Positions 47,772 to 59,229 of a stretch of DNA of 64,000 nucleotides are shown in pieces. The stretch comes from Flavobacteriaceae bacterium (lineage in GTDB: Bacteria; Bacteroidota; Bacteroidia; Flavobacteriales; Flavobacteriaceae). The notes under the pieces were generated by a model that was not told the origin of the DNA, ran no database searches, and saw only the letters and a program-made list of their open reading frames with translations. The stretch is taken from positions 10,599-74,598 of the forward strand of contig CANGCT010000001.1 in assembly GCA_947452415.1 (NCBI GenBank), written 5' to 3'. Position 1 is the stretch's first letter. Each line of letters opens with the position of its first letter. A program made the position numbers and the translations under genes.

Positions 47772-48941
47772 ATGAAAGTAATCTATACAGCTCCTAATAG
47801 AGCCCATCATTATCGATATGCCTCAAGTTTAAACAAATCAAATTTATTATTAGTTTTTGTGAGTGGTTTTTCTCGGTTAAGCCCAAGAGCTAAATTAGTA
47901 GAACTGAAAGAAAAAATATATCATGCAGATATTATTCAAACTATTTACTTGATTAGTTTGAAAATAGGTTTACCAAAGAAAACAACTGTTTTTTTAGCAT
48001 ATTTAGCAAAAATAGAGCAAGATTTTGTTTGTAAAAGATTTATAAATAATGCAGATTTATTTTTATTTTATAATGGGAGTGGCTTAAATTGTTCTAGACT
48101 CGCCAAAAAGAAAGGTATAATTACAATTGTAGAAGCAGTAAACTCTCATGTAGAATACCAAGAAGAATTATTAAGGAAAGAATATGAGAGTTTAAATCTA
48201 AAATGGACACCATTTGATAAGAAAGAAAAAAAACGTCGTTTAAAGGAATATAGTGAAGCCGATTATATTTTAGTACCGTCTGAATTTGTAAAACGAAGTT
48301 TTATTGAAAAAGGTTTTCCTGAAAAAAAATTTATTAAAGTTCCATTTGGATTTGATAATTTAAATATAAATAACAATAAATCAGAAAACAGCAATTCTAG
48401 TTTTACTGTTTTATACGTAGGTTCAATTTCCGTCAGAAAGGGTCTTAGATATTTAATTGAAGCTTTTAAAATGTTAGATTTGCCAAACAAAAAACTTTTC
48501 ATAGTAGGTCCTAAAGATCAAGTTTCTGGAATAGATGATATTATTTTAACTAAAGATATTATTTTCAAAGGAGTCCTAAAAGGAGCTGACTTAACAAATG
48601 CTTATACTTTTGCAGATGTTTTTTGTTTGCCAACTATTGAAGAAGGTATGGCACTAGTTCAGGGAGAAGCATTGTCCTTTGGTTTACCTATCATTACAAC
48701 CACCAATTCTGGAGGTGATGAATTAATAACTGATGGTAAAGAAGGATATATTGTTCCGATTAGAGATGTGCAAGCTATATATGAAAAATTAAATTTATTA
48801 GGCTCTGATAAACAATTATTGCAAAAAATGAAATTAGCAGCGAATAAAAAAGCTGCTAGTTTAAATGGATGGGACGCATCTGGAAGTATGCTTTGCGAAA
48901 AATTAGAGACTATTTTTTTTAATCATACTAAAAATGAATAG
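47772..48941 (+). CDS. GT4 glycosyltransferase
   Basis: RKGLRYLIEAF, PTIEEGMALVQGEALSFGLPII. Confidence 0.92.
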   Translation: MKVIYTAPNRAHHYRYASSLNKSNLLLVFVSGFSRLSPRAKLVELKEKIYHADIIQTIYLISLKIGLPKKTTVFLAYLAKIEQDFVCKRFINNADLFLFYNGSGLNCSRLAKKKGIITIVEAVNSHVEYQEELLRKEYESLNLKWTPFDKKEKKRRLKEYSEADYILVPSEFVKRSFIEKGFPEKKFIKVPFGFDNLNINNNKSENSNSSFTVLYVGSISVRKGLRYLIEAFKMLDLPNKKLFIVGPKDQVSGIDDIILTKDIIFKGVLKGADLTNAYTFADVFCLPTIEEGMALVQGEALSFGLPIITTTNSGGDELITDGKEGYIVPIRDVQAIYEKLNLLGSDKQLLQKMKLAANKKAASLNGWDASGSMLCEKLETIFFNHTKNE

Positions 48942-50253
48942 GAAAATACAACAAGAAGCTAAGGCAATAAAATTGATTTATGCCATATTAATTACAATTG
49001 TATTTGAAGGTTTAGCAAGAAAAGCAGCGCCTAGTTTTTTAAGCACCCCAATCTTTTTTTTTAAGGATTTTTTGTGTTTGTTAGGATTGTACTTTATTAT
49101 TAATACAAAACTTTCCGAAATCTCTTTAAAGATCACAAGGATATTTAAATTAGTCATAATTTTCATGTTTCCACTATTTTTATATAATATTATTATAGAC
49201 CCTATATTATTATTATGGGGAGGAAAATTATATTTATTGTATTTTGTTTTGGCTATCTTAATTACAATGGCTTTTCCGCCTAGAAATAAGAATAAATTTA
49301 CTTTATTTTTAAATTTCATTTCATTTTTAATTGTGCCTATTGTTTTAATAGGGTTGTTAGAGTTAAATTTACCTCAATCACATTGGTTAAATAAATCTGT
49401 AGATGGGGAGTCATTAGAACATTTTTCAGCAGCTGGGAAATTGCGCATTAGCTCAACTTTTTCTTTTACTGGTCAGTATTCGTATTTCTTGGTTTTTGGT
49501 ACTGCACTTTTTTTTACCTTTTTCTTTTTAAATAATAAAAATAAAATCAAACCGAGATATTACATGTTTTTTCAATTTGGAATACCAATTTTGTTGTTGA
49601 TTGGAGCTTTTAGTACTGGAGGAAGAACTGCTGTTTTAGGTTTCTTTTCAATAATATTAATTGCTTTTTTTTTCATAGCGATAAATAATTCATTTTTTGC
49701 CATAAAAAAATTAATCTTGCCTGTACTTCTTTTATTATTTATTTTTCCAATTATTAAAATTTGGAAACCAGAATATTTTGCAGCCTATACGGAAAGAAGT
49801 AGCGGAACAAAAAATAATGCAATATTAGATAGAGTAATCGAACCATTTTCGCAGTTAACAAACAGTTCATTGCTTGGAAATGGCCTTGGAGTAATGACAA
49901 ATGGTTCTGAAAAAATTAGTGATTATGCAAAGTCAATTCGATCTAATGGTGTTTGGACTGAAACTGATTTTGCAACTATTATTTGGGAAGGCGGTTTTTA
50001 TTTGGTAATTGTATGGTATGGATTTCGATTATTTATCATTTTTTTTTCTTACAGATTATTACGTTCAATAAAAGATAGAAATTATTATAGTGCAGGTGCT
50101 TTCCTACTTGCGTATATCCTAGTTCAAGGATTGATAGGAACCTTAACTATTCAGCCTCCATTAGCTATTTATTTTTGGATTTGTTTCGGGATTATAATTT
50201 GTATACAAAGATTTGATGAAAACGATCGAAAATTTTTAATTCGAAAGGCCTAA
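48934..50253 (+). CDS. wzy: Wzy-like polymerase
   Basis: Many TM segments; RISSTFSF, GGRT, GNGLG. Confidence 0.7.
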   Translation: MNRKIQQEAKAIKLIYAILITIVFEGLARKAAPSFLSTPIFFFKDFLCLLGLYFIINTKLSEISLKITRIFKLVIIFMFPLFLYNIIIDPILLLWGGKLYLLYFVLAILITMAFPPRNKNKFTLFLNFISFLIVPIVLIGLLELNLPQSHWLNKSVDGESLEHFSAAGKLRISSTFSFTGQYSYFLVFGTALFFTFFFLNNKNKIKPRYYMFFQFGIPILLLIGAFSTGGRTAVLGFFSIILIAFFFIAINNSFFAIKKLILPVLLLLFIFPIIKIWKPEYFAAYTERSSGTKNNAILDRVIEPFSQLTNSSLLGNGLGVMTNGSEKISDYAKSIRSNGVWTETDFATIIWEGGFYLVIVWYGFRLFIIFFSYRLLRSIKDRNYYSAGAFLLAYILVQGLIGTLTIQPPLAIYFWICFGIIICIQRFDENDRKFLIRKA

Positions 50254-50569
50254 TTATTTTTACATAATTAGAATCTATTATTAAATCCAAACATGTAAAA
50301 TAAATAATTTATTTCAAAAAAAAACATTACATGGTAGGATTATTTTGTTGTAATAGAAGTATCCTAAATTAAACTAGTCAAACAAAAGTTTTGAGTTTTT
50401 TTCATAATATAAATCTAGGAAACACAAGTCATTCCATCAAGAAGATTTTGTTATAAGAAATAAAGAATCAAAATTAGTATTAAGATAACAATTTAGAAAA
50501 CATTGTGGAGAGAGTCTCTTAAATAAATTTCAAAACGATAATATTTACAGAAAATAATAACATCAATAA

Positions 50570-51736
50570 ATGATTAAAATTGTAGTTTTTGATTCACATC
50601 CAGTTCAATACAGAGTTCCTGTATGGAAGCATATTGAAAAAATGGAACCAGGCAAATTGAAAGTGGTTTATGCGTCAGATTGTTCTGTAAAAGGACATGC
50701 AGATAGCGGATTTGGTAAAGTTATTGCTTGGGATGAACCAATGTTAGAAGGATATCAAAACACTATTCTTAATTGTGAAAATGGAAAACCACTTTCCGGA
50801 TGGTCTTCATTAACAGGTATAGGAATTAGTCAAGTGCTTGATAAAATCAAACCTAAATATGTTTTATTGACGGGGCTTAATTATCGATACGATTGGTTAG
50901 CTTTATGGCAGTCTAAAAAAAGAAAAATTCCAGTTTTTTTAAGATGTGAAACTCAGGATGAAGCCTCTAAAAGATCTAATTGGAAAGGTGTCGTTAGGTA
51001 TATTTGTTACTTTTTGATATATAAATATATTACAAAATTTTTCTTTATCGGAACATTAAACAAAGAACATTATTTAAAACATGGTGTTTCACTAAGTAAA
51101 TTATCACCCGCTAATTATGCTACCGTAAATCGATTCAAAAACTTAGATTCTGAAACTAAAAATAAAATGCGTTTCGAATGTCGTGCCAAATCGGATATAA
51201 ATGAATCAAAATTTGTTATTGGTTTTTCAGGAAAATTGATCCCCAAAAAAAACCCAGAAATTCTTTATGAATTACTAGACTATTTACCTGAAGAAGTAGT
51301 TAAAAATACTTGTATTTATTTTTTAGGTAGTGGAGAATTAGATGAAAAATTAAAACAAAGAGCCATTTTATCTAAAAGAAAATTTGGAATAAATACTGTT
51401 TTTACTGGTTTTGTGAATCAAACAGAAATGCCTTCGCATTATTTAGCCATGGATATTATGATTTTGCCTTCACGTAAGATGGGGGAAACATGGGGGTTAG
51501 TGGCCAACGAAGCATTGCAAGCTGGTTGTGGAGTAATTGTTAGTGATGTTGTTGGTTGCCATAAAGACTTTAATGGATGGGAAAGATTTAGGGTTTTTGA
51601 AGAAGGAAATGCAAAAGAATTATCAAAGCAGGTTGAAGAATTATCAAAATTCAGTAGAAATTTTAATTGGGCACAAGAAGGATTAGAAAACTATTCTATT
51701 GAAGCCATAGCAAAATCTATTGTAAATCAATTATGA
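50570..51736 (+). CDS. GT4 glycosyltransferase
   Basis: SHPVQYRVP, ETWGLVANEALQAG. Confidence 0.92.
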   Translation: MIKIVVFDSHPVQYRVPVWKHIEKMEPGKLKVVYASDCSVKGHADSGFGKVIAWDEPMLEGYQNTILNCENGKPLSGWSSLTGIGISQVLDKIKPKYVLLTGLNYRYDWLALWQSKKRKIPVFLRCETQDEASKRSNWKGVVRYICYFLIYKYITKFFFIGTLNKEHYLKHGVSLSKLSPANYATVNRFKNLDSETKNKMRFECRAKSDINESKFVIGFSGKLIPKKNPEILYELLDYLPEEVVKNTCIYFLGSGELDEKLKQRAILSKRKFGINTVFTGFVNQTEMPSHYLAMDIMILPSRKMGETWGLVANEALQAGCGVIVSDVVGCHKDFNGWERFRVFEEGNAKELSKQVEELSKFSRNFNWAQEGLENYSIEAIAKSIVNQL

Positions 51737-52902
51737 ATATAATTCTATTTACACATCCTAATTTCTTAAGTTCTCAAAGTATGCCCCGCTATGCTAATAT
51801 GCTCTTGCAAGGTATGCGAGAAAGGAAGCATGTAGTAGAAGTTTGGTCTCCAAAACCTCGTTTTTATAGGCTTCCTATGAAAACATCTCTAAAAAAATGG
51901 TTGGGGTATATCGATCAATATCTAGTATTCCCATTAGAAGTAAGATTAAAATTAAAAAAAATTCCTGAAAACATACTTTTTGTTTTCGCCGATCAAGCCC
52001 TAGGGCCATGGGTACCTTTAGTAAATAAGAGACCTCATGTGGTTCATTGTCATGATTTCTTAGCACTAAAATCGGCTTTAGGTACCATTCCTGAAAATCC
52101 TGCGGGTTTTACGGGTAAATTATATCAAAACTACATCCGAAATGGATTTTCTAAAGGCAAAAATTTTATCTCCATTTCCAAAAAAACGCAAGAAGATTTA
52201 CACAAATTACATAAAGGTTCAATTAATTCTTCAGTAGTTTGTTACAATGGTTTGAATAGAACTTTTAAAATATTGGATACAAAGGCATCACGTATCAATT
52301 TAGGAAATCACTTGCATCTAGACTTGTCTGCTGGGTATGTTCTTCATGTTGGAGGAAACCAGTATTATAAAAACAGAAAAGGAGTACTAGAAATTTATGA
52401 AGCCTTTAGAACAAATACGAATCATAGGGCTCCCTTATTGCTTATTGGCTCTAAACCATCAAAAGAATTAATAAGTTGCTATAAAAAATCCAAATACCAA
52501 GAAGACATTCATTTTATTACAAATTTGTCCGATGAATATATTAATGCTGCTTATTCTGGAGCAACTTGCTTATTGTTTCCCTCTTTAGACGAAGGTTTTG
52601 GTTGGCCAATAGCCGAAGCAATGGCAAGTGGTTGTGTTGTAATTACTACCAATAGTACACCAATGACTGAAGTTATTGGGAATGCAGATTTTTTCTTAAT
52701 ACCAAGACGGCCATTTGACGATTCCTTATCGTATGATTGGGCAACTACTGCTTCGAATCAAATTTCAAAAGTTCTAAATCTTTCAGAAATTGAACGAATA
52801 GAATGTATAAACAGTGGATTAGAATCCATAAAAAGATTTGATACTATTCATTTTATAGATGCAATTGAAAAACAATACCTATCTATTTTAGAAAAGATTT
52901 AA
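51733..52902 (+). CDS. GT4 glycosyltransferase
   Basis: YKNRKG, FPSLDEGFGWPIAEAMASG. Confidence 0.92.
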   Translation: MNIILFTHPNFLSSQSMPRYANMLLQGMRERKHVVEVWSPKPRFYRLPMKTSLKKWLGYIDQYLVFPLEVRLKLKKIPENILFVFADQALGPWVPLVNKRPHVVHCHDFLALKSALGTIPENPAGFTGKLYQNYIRNGFSKGKNFISISKKTQEDLHKLHKGSINSSVVCYNGLNRTFKILDTKASRINLGNHLHLDLSAGYVLHVGGNQYYKNRKGVLEIYEAFRTNTNHRAPLLLIGSKPSKELISCYKKSKYQEDIHFITNLSDEYINAAYSGATCLLFPSLDEGFGWPIAEAMASGCVVITTNSTPMTEVIGNADFFLIPRRPFDDSLSYDWATTASNQISKVLNLSEIERIECINSGLESIKRFDTIHFIDAIEKQYLSILEKI

Positions 52903-52918
52903 TCATTTAATTTCACTA

Positions 52919-54085
52919 ATGAAAGTACTCAGAGTCATAACTTCTATGAATCCCAAAAACGGAGGCCCTTGTCAAGGAATTCGTAATTCGATTTCCTTTA
53001 TTAAAAATTTAGGTGTTGAAAGTGAAGTAGTTTGTTTAGATAATCAAAACATAGAATACAATACCAATGATGATTTTGTTATTCATAAAATAGGTCGAGG
53101 AAAATCTTCCTATCAATACCAACCTTTATTGTTAAAATGGTTAAAAGAGAATCTAAAAAATTATGAGTTTGTTATTGTACACGGACTTTGGCAATACCAT
53201 AATATAGCAGTGTATAATGCGATTAAATCTCTAAAAAAGCAGAGTATAAAAGTCCCAAAGGTTATGATTATGCCCCACGGAATGTTAGATCCTTATTTTC
53301 AAAAAGCTCCTGAAAGAAAATGGAAGGCACTGCGAAACGAAATTATTTGGCGTTATATAGAAAAAAAATGCATCAATAATGCTGATGCACTGTTTTTTAC
53401 CTGTGAAGAAGAAATGCGTTTAGCAGCTACTACTTTTAAAGAGTACCATCCAAAGAAAACTATAAATATTGGATACGGAATTCAGAATCCACCTACTAGT
53501 TCAATAGAATTAAAACAAGCATTTGAGCAAAAATGTCCCGCTATTCAGGGTAAAAAATACTGGCTTTTTTTAAGTCGTATTCACGAAAAAAAAGGAGTCG
53601 ATTTATTAATTCAGGTATATAATAAACTAGTAGAAGACATTTCTTCTTTACCTGATTTGGTAATTGCGGGTCCAACAGATTCTGACTATGCTCAAGAATT
53701 GATTGTAATGGCAGCACCAAATTCAAAAATACATTTTCCTGGCATGTTGCAAGGAGAACAAAAGTGGGGGGCATTTTATGGTTGCGAAGTTTATTTATTA
53801 CCAAGTCACCAAGAAAATTTTGGGATTGCAGTTGCTGAAGCTATGGCTTGCTATAAACCTGTGCTCATTACCAATAAAGTAAATATTTATAGAGAAATTG
53901 AAGGAGGTGGTGGTGGAATAATTAGTGAAGATACCCTAGCTGGAACTATTGAAAATCTAAAAAAATGGATCAATTTAAGTAAGGAGGCTCAAGAAAAAAT
54001 GGGCCAAAATGCCTTTTTGGTCTACCAAAAGCATTTTAATGTTAAAAATGCAACAAATAGATTGTTAGATGCAATAAAACAATAA
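52919..54085 (+). CDS. GT4 glycosyltransferase
   Basis: PHGMLDP, LSRIHEKKG, PSHQENFGIAVAEAMA. Confidence 0.92.
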   Translation: MKVLRVITSMNPKNGGPCQGIRNSISFIKNLGVESEVVCLDNQNIEYNTNDDFVIHKIGRGKSSYQYQPLLLKWLKENLKNYEFVIVHGLWQYHNIAVYNAIKSLKKQSIKVPKVMIMPHGMLDPYFQKAPERKWKALRNEIIWRYIEKKCINNADALFFTCEEEMRLAATTFKEYHPKKTINIGYGIQNPPTSSIELKQAFEQKCPAIQGKKYWLFLSRIHEKKGVDLLIQVYNKLVEDISSLPDLVIAGPTDSDYAQELIVMAAPNSKIHFPGMLQGEQKWGAFYGCEVYLLPSHQENFGIAVAEAMACYKPVLITNKVNIYREIEGGGGGIISEDTLAGTIENLKKWINLSKEAQEKMGQNAFLVYQKHFNVKNATNRLLDAIKQ

Positions 54086-54178
54086 TAAAAAAAGTATAGC
54101 AACTTTTTCTAATACTTTGTGCTGGTTTGACTTTTGTAAATAAAAACGTATACTAGAAACCTAATAAAAATAACAACC

Positions 54179-54718
54179 TTGGATTTATCAACTTATAATC
54201 ATTCGTTTAGTTTAAAAAATAAAATAGGAAGATTAATATGGAATATTATTTTTCCAATTTTGTTTCGGCCCTTTGGTTCTAGGTTATTTAAAAAATGGCG
54301 CGTTTTAGTTTTAAAATGTTTTGGTGCCAAAATAGAATGGTCGTCTCATATATACTCTTCTGTAAAAATATGGGCTCCTTGGAATATAGAAATTGGTGCT
54401 TATTCTAGTTTAGGTCCCCAAGTGGATTGCTACAACCAAGGGAAAATAAGTATAGGAGATAATACTGTAATTTCACAAAAAACGTATCTGTGTGCTTCTT
54501 CCCATGACTATACTAAAAAAGATTTTCCATTGGTATTAAAACCAATTATTATTGGTCATGGGGTTTGGATTGCAGCTGATGCTTTTATTGGTCCTAATGT
54601 TAGTGTAGGGAATAATTCTATTGTAGCTGCTAGAGGTGTAGTAATAAAAAATGTAGAAGAAAATAGCATAGTAGGAGGAAATCCTGCAAAATTTATAAAA
54701 ACAAGAAACTTTGAATAA
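54179..54718 (+). CDS. wcaF: WcaF-like acetyltransferase
   Basis: WRVLVLKCFGAKI, WAPWNIEIG, ISQKTYLCASSHDY; TTG start. Confidence 0.8.
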   Translation: MDLSTYNHSFSLKNKIGRLIWNIIFPILFRPFGSRLFKKWRVLVLKCFGAKIEWSSHIYSSVKIWAPWNIEIGAYSSLGPQVDCYNQGKISIGDNTVISQKTYLCASSHDYTKKDFPLVLKPIIIGHGVWIAADAFIGPNVSVGNNSIVAARGVVIKNVEENSIVGGNPAKFIKTRNFE

Positions 54719-55529
54719 TATTGCATTAACAGTTATTGTTTCGGTTAAGAATGAAGCACTTAATTTACCTTCTTGTCTAGAAAAACTTAAGCGTTTCAAT
54801 CAAATTATCGTTGTAGATTCAGGCAGTACGGATGCTACTGTAAGCGTAGCTGCTTCAATGGGAGCCGAAGTGTTGCAATTTAATTGGGATGGTAAATTTC
54901 CTAAAAAAAGAAATTGGACGTTGCAAAATGCTAATATCCGTAACGAATGGGTGTTGTTTTTGGATGCCGATGAGTTTGTAACAGAAGCCTTTGTAGACGA
55001 AGTAGCAATAAAAATCCAAGATACTAATTATAACGCCTATACCATACAGTTTGAAAACTATTTTATGGGTAAAAAACTGCGGTATGGGTATGGCTTTCAA
55101 AAAACAGCACTTTTTAAGAAATCCAAAGGGGTTTATGAAAAAATAGAGGAAGACTTCTGGAGTCATTTAGATATGGAAGTTCACGAACATCCTATTATAG
55201 AAGGGAAAATTGGTCGTATTCGTGCTAAAGTTCTTCACAAAGATTTTAAAACTTTAGAACATTATATTGACAAGCATAATGCCTATTCCAGTTGGGAAGC
55301 TCAGCGGTACTTGCAACTCAAGAAAATAAATAATAACAACTTGTCTTTAAATCAAAAAATGAAATACGGACTTTTAAATACGGGTTTGCTTCCCATGGTT
55401 TATTTTATAGGCGCTTATTTTTTAAAATTTGGTTTTTTAGACGGTAAAGAAGGATTTTACTTAGCTCGATTTAAAGCACATTATTTTTTCCAAATTCAAA
55501 CCAAAGTCACTTTGTTAAAAACTAAATAA
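54711..55529 (+). CDS. GT2 glycosyltransferase
   Basis: VDSGSTD, KRNW, LDADE, VHEH. Confidence 0.92.
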   Translation: MNNIALTVIVSVKNEALNLPSCLEKLKRFNQIIVVDSGSTDATVSVAASMGAEVLQFNWDGKFPKKRNWTLQNANIRNEWVLFLDADEFVTEAFVDEVAIKIQDTNYNAYTIQFENYFMGKKLRYGYGFQKTALFKKSKGVYEKIEEDFWSHLDMEVHEHPIIEGKIGRIRAKVLHKDFKTLEHYIDKHNAYSSWEAQRYLQLKKINNNNLSLNQKMKYGLLNTGLLPMVYFIGAYFLKFGFLDGKEGFYLARFKAHYFFQIQTKVTLLKTK

Positions 55530-55544
55530 AACAAAAACAACACA

Positions 55545-56492
55545 ATGAAAAAAATACTAATAACTGGAGGGGCAGGATTTGTAGGTTCCCATTTATGCCA
55601 AAGATTATTAAACGAAGGCAATGAAATTATTTGCTTGGATAATTATTTTACAGGAAATAAAAATAATATTATACACTTATTGAGTAATCCGCATTTTGAA
55701 ATGGTACGCCATGACATTACAGAACCTTATTATGCAGAGGTAGATGAAATTTATAATTTAGCTTGTCCGGCTTCCCCGGTACATTACCAGTACAATCCCA
55801 TTAAAACGATAAAAACATCGGTGATGGGTGCTATTAACACACTTGGTTTGGCCAAACGGGTAAATGCTAAAATACTGCAGGCCAGTACCAGTGAAGTTTA
55901 TGGTGACCCACATGTACATCCACAACCCGAAAGCTATTGGGGGAACGTAAACCCAATTGGAATTCGCTCTTGCTATGATGAAGGTAAGCGATGTGCCGAA
56001 ACGTTGTTTATGGATTACCACAATCAGAACCAAGTTGCTATTAAGATCATTCGTATTTTTAATACTTATGGTCCTAATATGAATCCTGCCGATGGTAGAG
56101 TGGTTTCTAATTTTATCGTTCAAGCATTAAAAGGAGAAGACATCACAATTTTCGGGGACGGTTTACAAACCCGTTCGTTTCAATATGTGGATGATTTGGT
56201 AGAAGGAATGATTAGAATGATGCATTCCGATCCTAGCTTTTTAGGCCCAGTAAATTTAGGAAACCCAAACGAATTTACCATGTTAGAACTGGCTCAAGCA
56301 GTAATTGCCTTAACAGGCTCAAAGTCCAAAATTATTCACTTGGCTTTACCCCAAGACGACCCCAAACAAAGACAGCCAGATATTACTTTGGCTAAAGAAA
56401 AACTGCAAGGATGGGAACCTAAAATTCAATTGCGAGAAGGATTAATTAGCACCATTAGTTATTTTGATGCACTTTTAACTGCAAATAAGTAA
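55545..56492 (+). CDS. uxs: UDP-glucuronate decarboxylase (UDP-xylose synthase)
   Basis: [48 protein letters not shown]. Confidence 0.95.
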   Translation: MKKILITGGAGFVGSHLCQRLLNEGNEIICLDNYFTGNKNNIIHLLSNPHFEMVRHDITEPYYAEVDEIYNLACPASPVHYQYNPIKTIKTSVMGAINTLGLAKRVNAKILQASTSEVYGDPHVHPQPESYWGNVNPIGIRSCYDEGKRCAETLFMDYHNQNQVAIKIIRIFNTYGPNMNPADGRVVSNFIVQALKGEDITIFGDGLQTRSFQYVDDLVEGMIRMMHSDPSFLGPVNLGNPNEFTMLELAQAVIALTGSKSKIIHLALPQDDPKQRQPDITLAKEKLQGWEPKIQLREGLISTISYFDALLTANK

Positions 56493-56531
56493 TTATTAGT
56501 TTCATTATTCTGCTTAATTAAAAACAAATTA

Positions 56532-57290
56532 ATGCGAGTTTCCATAATAACCATTTGTTACAACCGTGAAGCCACTATAGCCAAAGCTATTGAAAGTGTG
56601 CTAATGCAAGATTATCCTACTATTGAATATATTGTTATTGATGGCAATTCTAGTGATGGAACTACTGCAATTATTCAATCGTATGCCGATAAAATTAGCC
56701 ACTTTATTTCAGAACCAGATAAAGGAATGTACGACGCCCTTAATAAAGGTTTGCGTTTGGCAACTGGTGATATTATTGGTTTAATGCATTCGGATGATGA
56801 GTTTTATGGTCCAACAGTAGTTTCTCAATTGGTTGCCACTTTTCAAAATAATCCTGCTACAGATGGTGTATATGGTGATGGAATTTATGTATCTAACGAT
56901 GCAGAAGAACGTATCATCAGAGATCGAATAGGTGGTAATTACAGTATAGAAAAAGTAAAATTGGGTTGGTTGCCTTTACATCCTACAGTGTATTTAAAGA
57001 AAAATATAATTGAAAAATACGGTAACTATAACCTTGATTTTAAAATAGCATCCGATACCGAATTGTTATTGCGTTATCTCTTTAAACACCAAATTAAAAT
57101 GACCTATCTAAACAGCTATGTTGTTAAAATGAGAATGGGTGGTTTGAGTACAAGTTTCAAAAGAACTTGGGAAGTTTTACAAGAAGATTATTATATCTAT
57201 AAGTACCATGGTTTAAATGCTTTAAAAGTAGTTTTCTTAAAAAAAATTATAGCTTTAAAACAATATTTAAAAATAAAAAACAAAAATTAA
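56532..57290 (+). CDS. GT2 glycosyltransferase (WcaE-like)
   Basis: [31 protein letters not shown]. Confidence 0.9.
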   Translation: MRVSIITICYNREATIAKAIESVLMQDYPTIEYIVIDGNSSDGTTAIIQSYADKISHFISEPDKGMYDALNKGLRLATGDIIGLMHSDDEFYGPTVVSQLVATFQNNPATDGVYGDGIYVSNDAEERIIRDRIGGNYSIEKVKLGWLPLHPTVYLKKNIIEKYGNYNLDFKIASDTELLLRYLFKHQIKMTYLNSYVVKMRMGGLSTSFKRTWEVLQEDYYIYKYHGLNALKVVFLKKIIALKQYLKIKNKN

Positions 57291-57294
57291 TATT

Positions 57295-58686
57295 ATGAAT
57301 ATTACAAAAATTTGCTGTCTTGGCGCAGGTTATGTAGGAGGACCTACTATGGCTATTATAGCCCAAAAATGCCCTCATATTCAAGTAACAGTGGTAGATT
57401 TAAATACCGAACGCATAGCCGCTTGGAACGATCAAGATGTAGATAACATTCCTATATACGAGCCAGGTTTAGCGGCAGTAGTTGCCGAAGCAAGAGGAAG
57501 AAATTTATTTTTCTCTACCGATGTAGATAAAGCTATAAACGAAGCACAAATGATTTTTATATCAGTAAACACTCCAACCAAAACCTATGGTTCTGGAAAA
57601 GGAATGGCAGCCGATTTAAAATACATTGAATTATGTGCCAGACAAATTGCGTCAATTGCCAAAGAAGACAAAATAATAGTAGAAAAATCAACTCTGCCAG
57701 TACGAACTGCCGAAGCGGTAAAAAGTATTCTAGACAATACTGGAAATGGAGTGCAATTTCAAATTCTTTCCAACCCAGAATTCCTTGCAGAAGGAACGGC
57801 AGTACAAGATTTACTAAATCCAGACCGAGTATTAATAGGAGGGGACCCATCAATTGGCGGTCAAAAAGCAGTACAAGCATTAGTGGATATTTATGCTAAT
57901 TGGGTGGCGAAAGATAAAATTTTAACTACTAACTTATGGTCTTCAGAATTATCTAAATTAACTGCCAATGCTTTTCTAGCCCAACGTATTTCTTCTATAA
58001 ATGCGTTATCCGAATTGTGTGAAGTAACAGGTGCTGATATTAACGAAGTTGCTAAAGCTATTGGAATGGACAGCCGAATTGGATCAAAATTCTTGAAAGC
58101 TTCTGTAGGTTTTGGAGGATCTTGTTTTCAAAAAGACATCTTGAATTTGGTGTATATTGCCAAATCGTATGGATTGCAAGAAGTAGCCGATTATTGGGAG
58201 CAGGTTATTATCCTGAACGATCATCAAAAAAGAAGATTTTCCAATACTATTGTTAAAACTTTATACAATACAATTTCCGATAAAAAAATAGCCTTTTTTG
58301 GTTGGGCCTTCAAAAAAGATACCAATGATACTAGAGAATCGGCTGCTATTTATGTAGCTAATGATTTGTTAAACGAACACGCAGATATTGCAGTTTACGA
58401 TCCTAAAGTTGCTAGAAAAAAAATGCTTGCCGATTTGGATTACCTTGAAACCAGAACTCCAGAGGAAAATGCGAAAAAAGCGACGACTTATGGAAATCCC
58501 TACGAAGCTTGCCAAAATGCCCATGCAATTGCAGTATTAACGGAATGGGATGAATTTATTACTTACGATTGGCAACGCATTTATGACAACATGCAAAAAC
58601 CAGCATTTATTTTTGATGGCAGAAATATATTAAATGGAGCAAAACTCCAAGAAATTGGGTTTATTTATCGTGCTATAGGGAAGTAA
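57295..58686 (+). CDS. ugd: UDP-glucose 6-dehydrogenase
   Basis: [31 protein letters not shown]. Confidence 0.97.
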   Translation: MNITKICCLGAGYVGGPTMAIIAQKCPHIQVTVVDLNTERIAAWNDQDVDNIPIYEPGLAAVVAEARGRNLFFSTDVDKAINEAQMIFISVNTPTKTYGSGKGMAADLKYIELCARQIASIAKEDKIIVEKSTLPVRTAEAVKSILDNTGNGVQFQILSNPEFLAEGTAVQDLLNPDRVLIGGDPSIGGQKAVQALVDIYANWVAKDKILTTNLWSSELSKLTANAFLAQRISSINALSELCEVTGADINEVAKAIGMDSRIGSKFLKASVGFGGSCFQKDILNLVYIAKSYGLQEVADYWEQVIILNDHQKRRFSNTIVKTLYNTISDKKIAFFGWAFKKDTNDTRESAAIYVANDLLNEHADIAVYDPKVARKKMLADLDYLETRTPEENAKKATTYGNPYEACQNAHAIAVLTEWDEFITYDWQRIYDNMQKPAFIFDGRNILNGAKLQEIGFIYRAIGK

Positions 58687-58758
58687 TTTTAAGGTTTAGG
58701 TTTTAGAATGTATGTTCTAGGTTTTCAATAGAAATTCAAAAACAGTACTAATAATTTT

Positions 58759-58968
58759 CCGAAAGGAAATAGTTATAGGCGGAAGCTAAATAGTGATAGT
58801 CCGAAGGCAAATAGTAATAGTCCGAAGACAAATAGTGATCTACCGAAAGGAAATAGTTATAGGCGGAAGCTAAATAGTGATAGTCCGAAGACAAATAGTG
58901 ATGTGCCGAAGACAAATAGTTATAGGCCGAAGCTAAATAGTGATAGTCCGAAGATAAAAAGAATAGTA
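58759..58968. repeat. 21-bp tandem array, 10 units, consensus CCGAAGNNAAATAGTNATAGN
   Basis: Units read directly; units 1-2 equal units 5-6. Confidence 0.95.
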
Positions 58969-59148
58969 GCACAAGCCATCACTCCTCAGTCAAGTGCTTT
59001 TTTCGTTGTTTAAAGAGAGTGGGAGTGAAAATAAACAGTAGATTTTTCGTTCCTCAGAATCACAAGTAGCCGAGAAGTAAATATCAATAATTATAAAATA
59101 ATCAAAATGCATTTTGTTATAAAATAGTGTATTTGAAATCGTTTCTCG

Positions 59149-59184
59149 CTCCCCTCTCCTTTGGAGAGGGGTTGGGGGTGAGGT
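59149..59184 (+). repeat. REP-like palindromic element
   Basis: ctcccctctcctttggagaggggttgggggtgaggt. Confidence 0.85.
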
Positions 59185-59229
59185 AAAATTAATAAATCTC
59201 CAATTAACAAAATAGAACTACAAAAAAAA

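Noticed and set aside
50254-50569. 316-bp gap in the EPS locus as a gene remnant or IS scar
   Set aside because: Very AT-rich, with no recognisable reading frame, terminal repeats or target duplication by eye.
58759-58968. CRISPR array
   Set aside because: Units are contiguous with no unique spacers, and there are no cas genes in the window.
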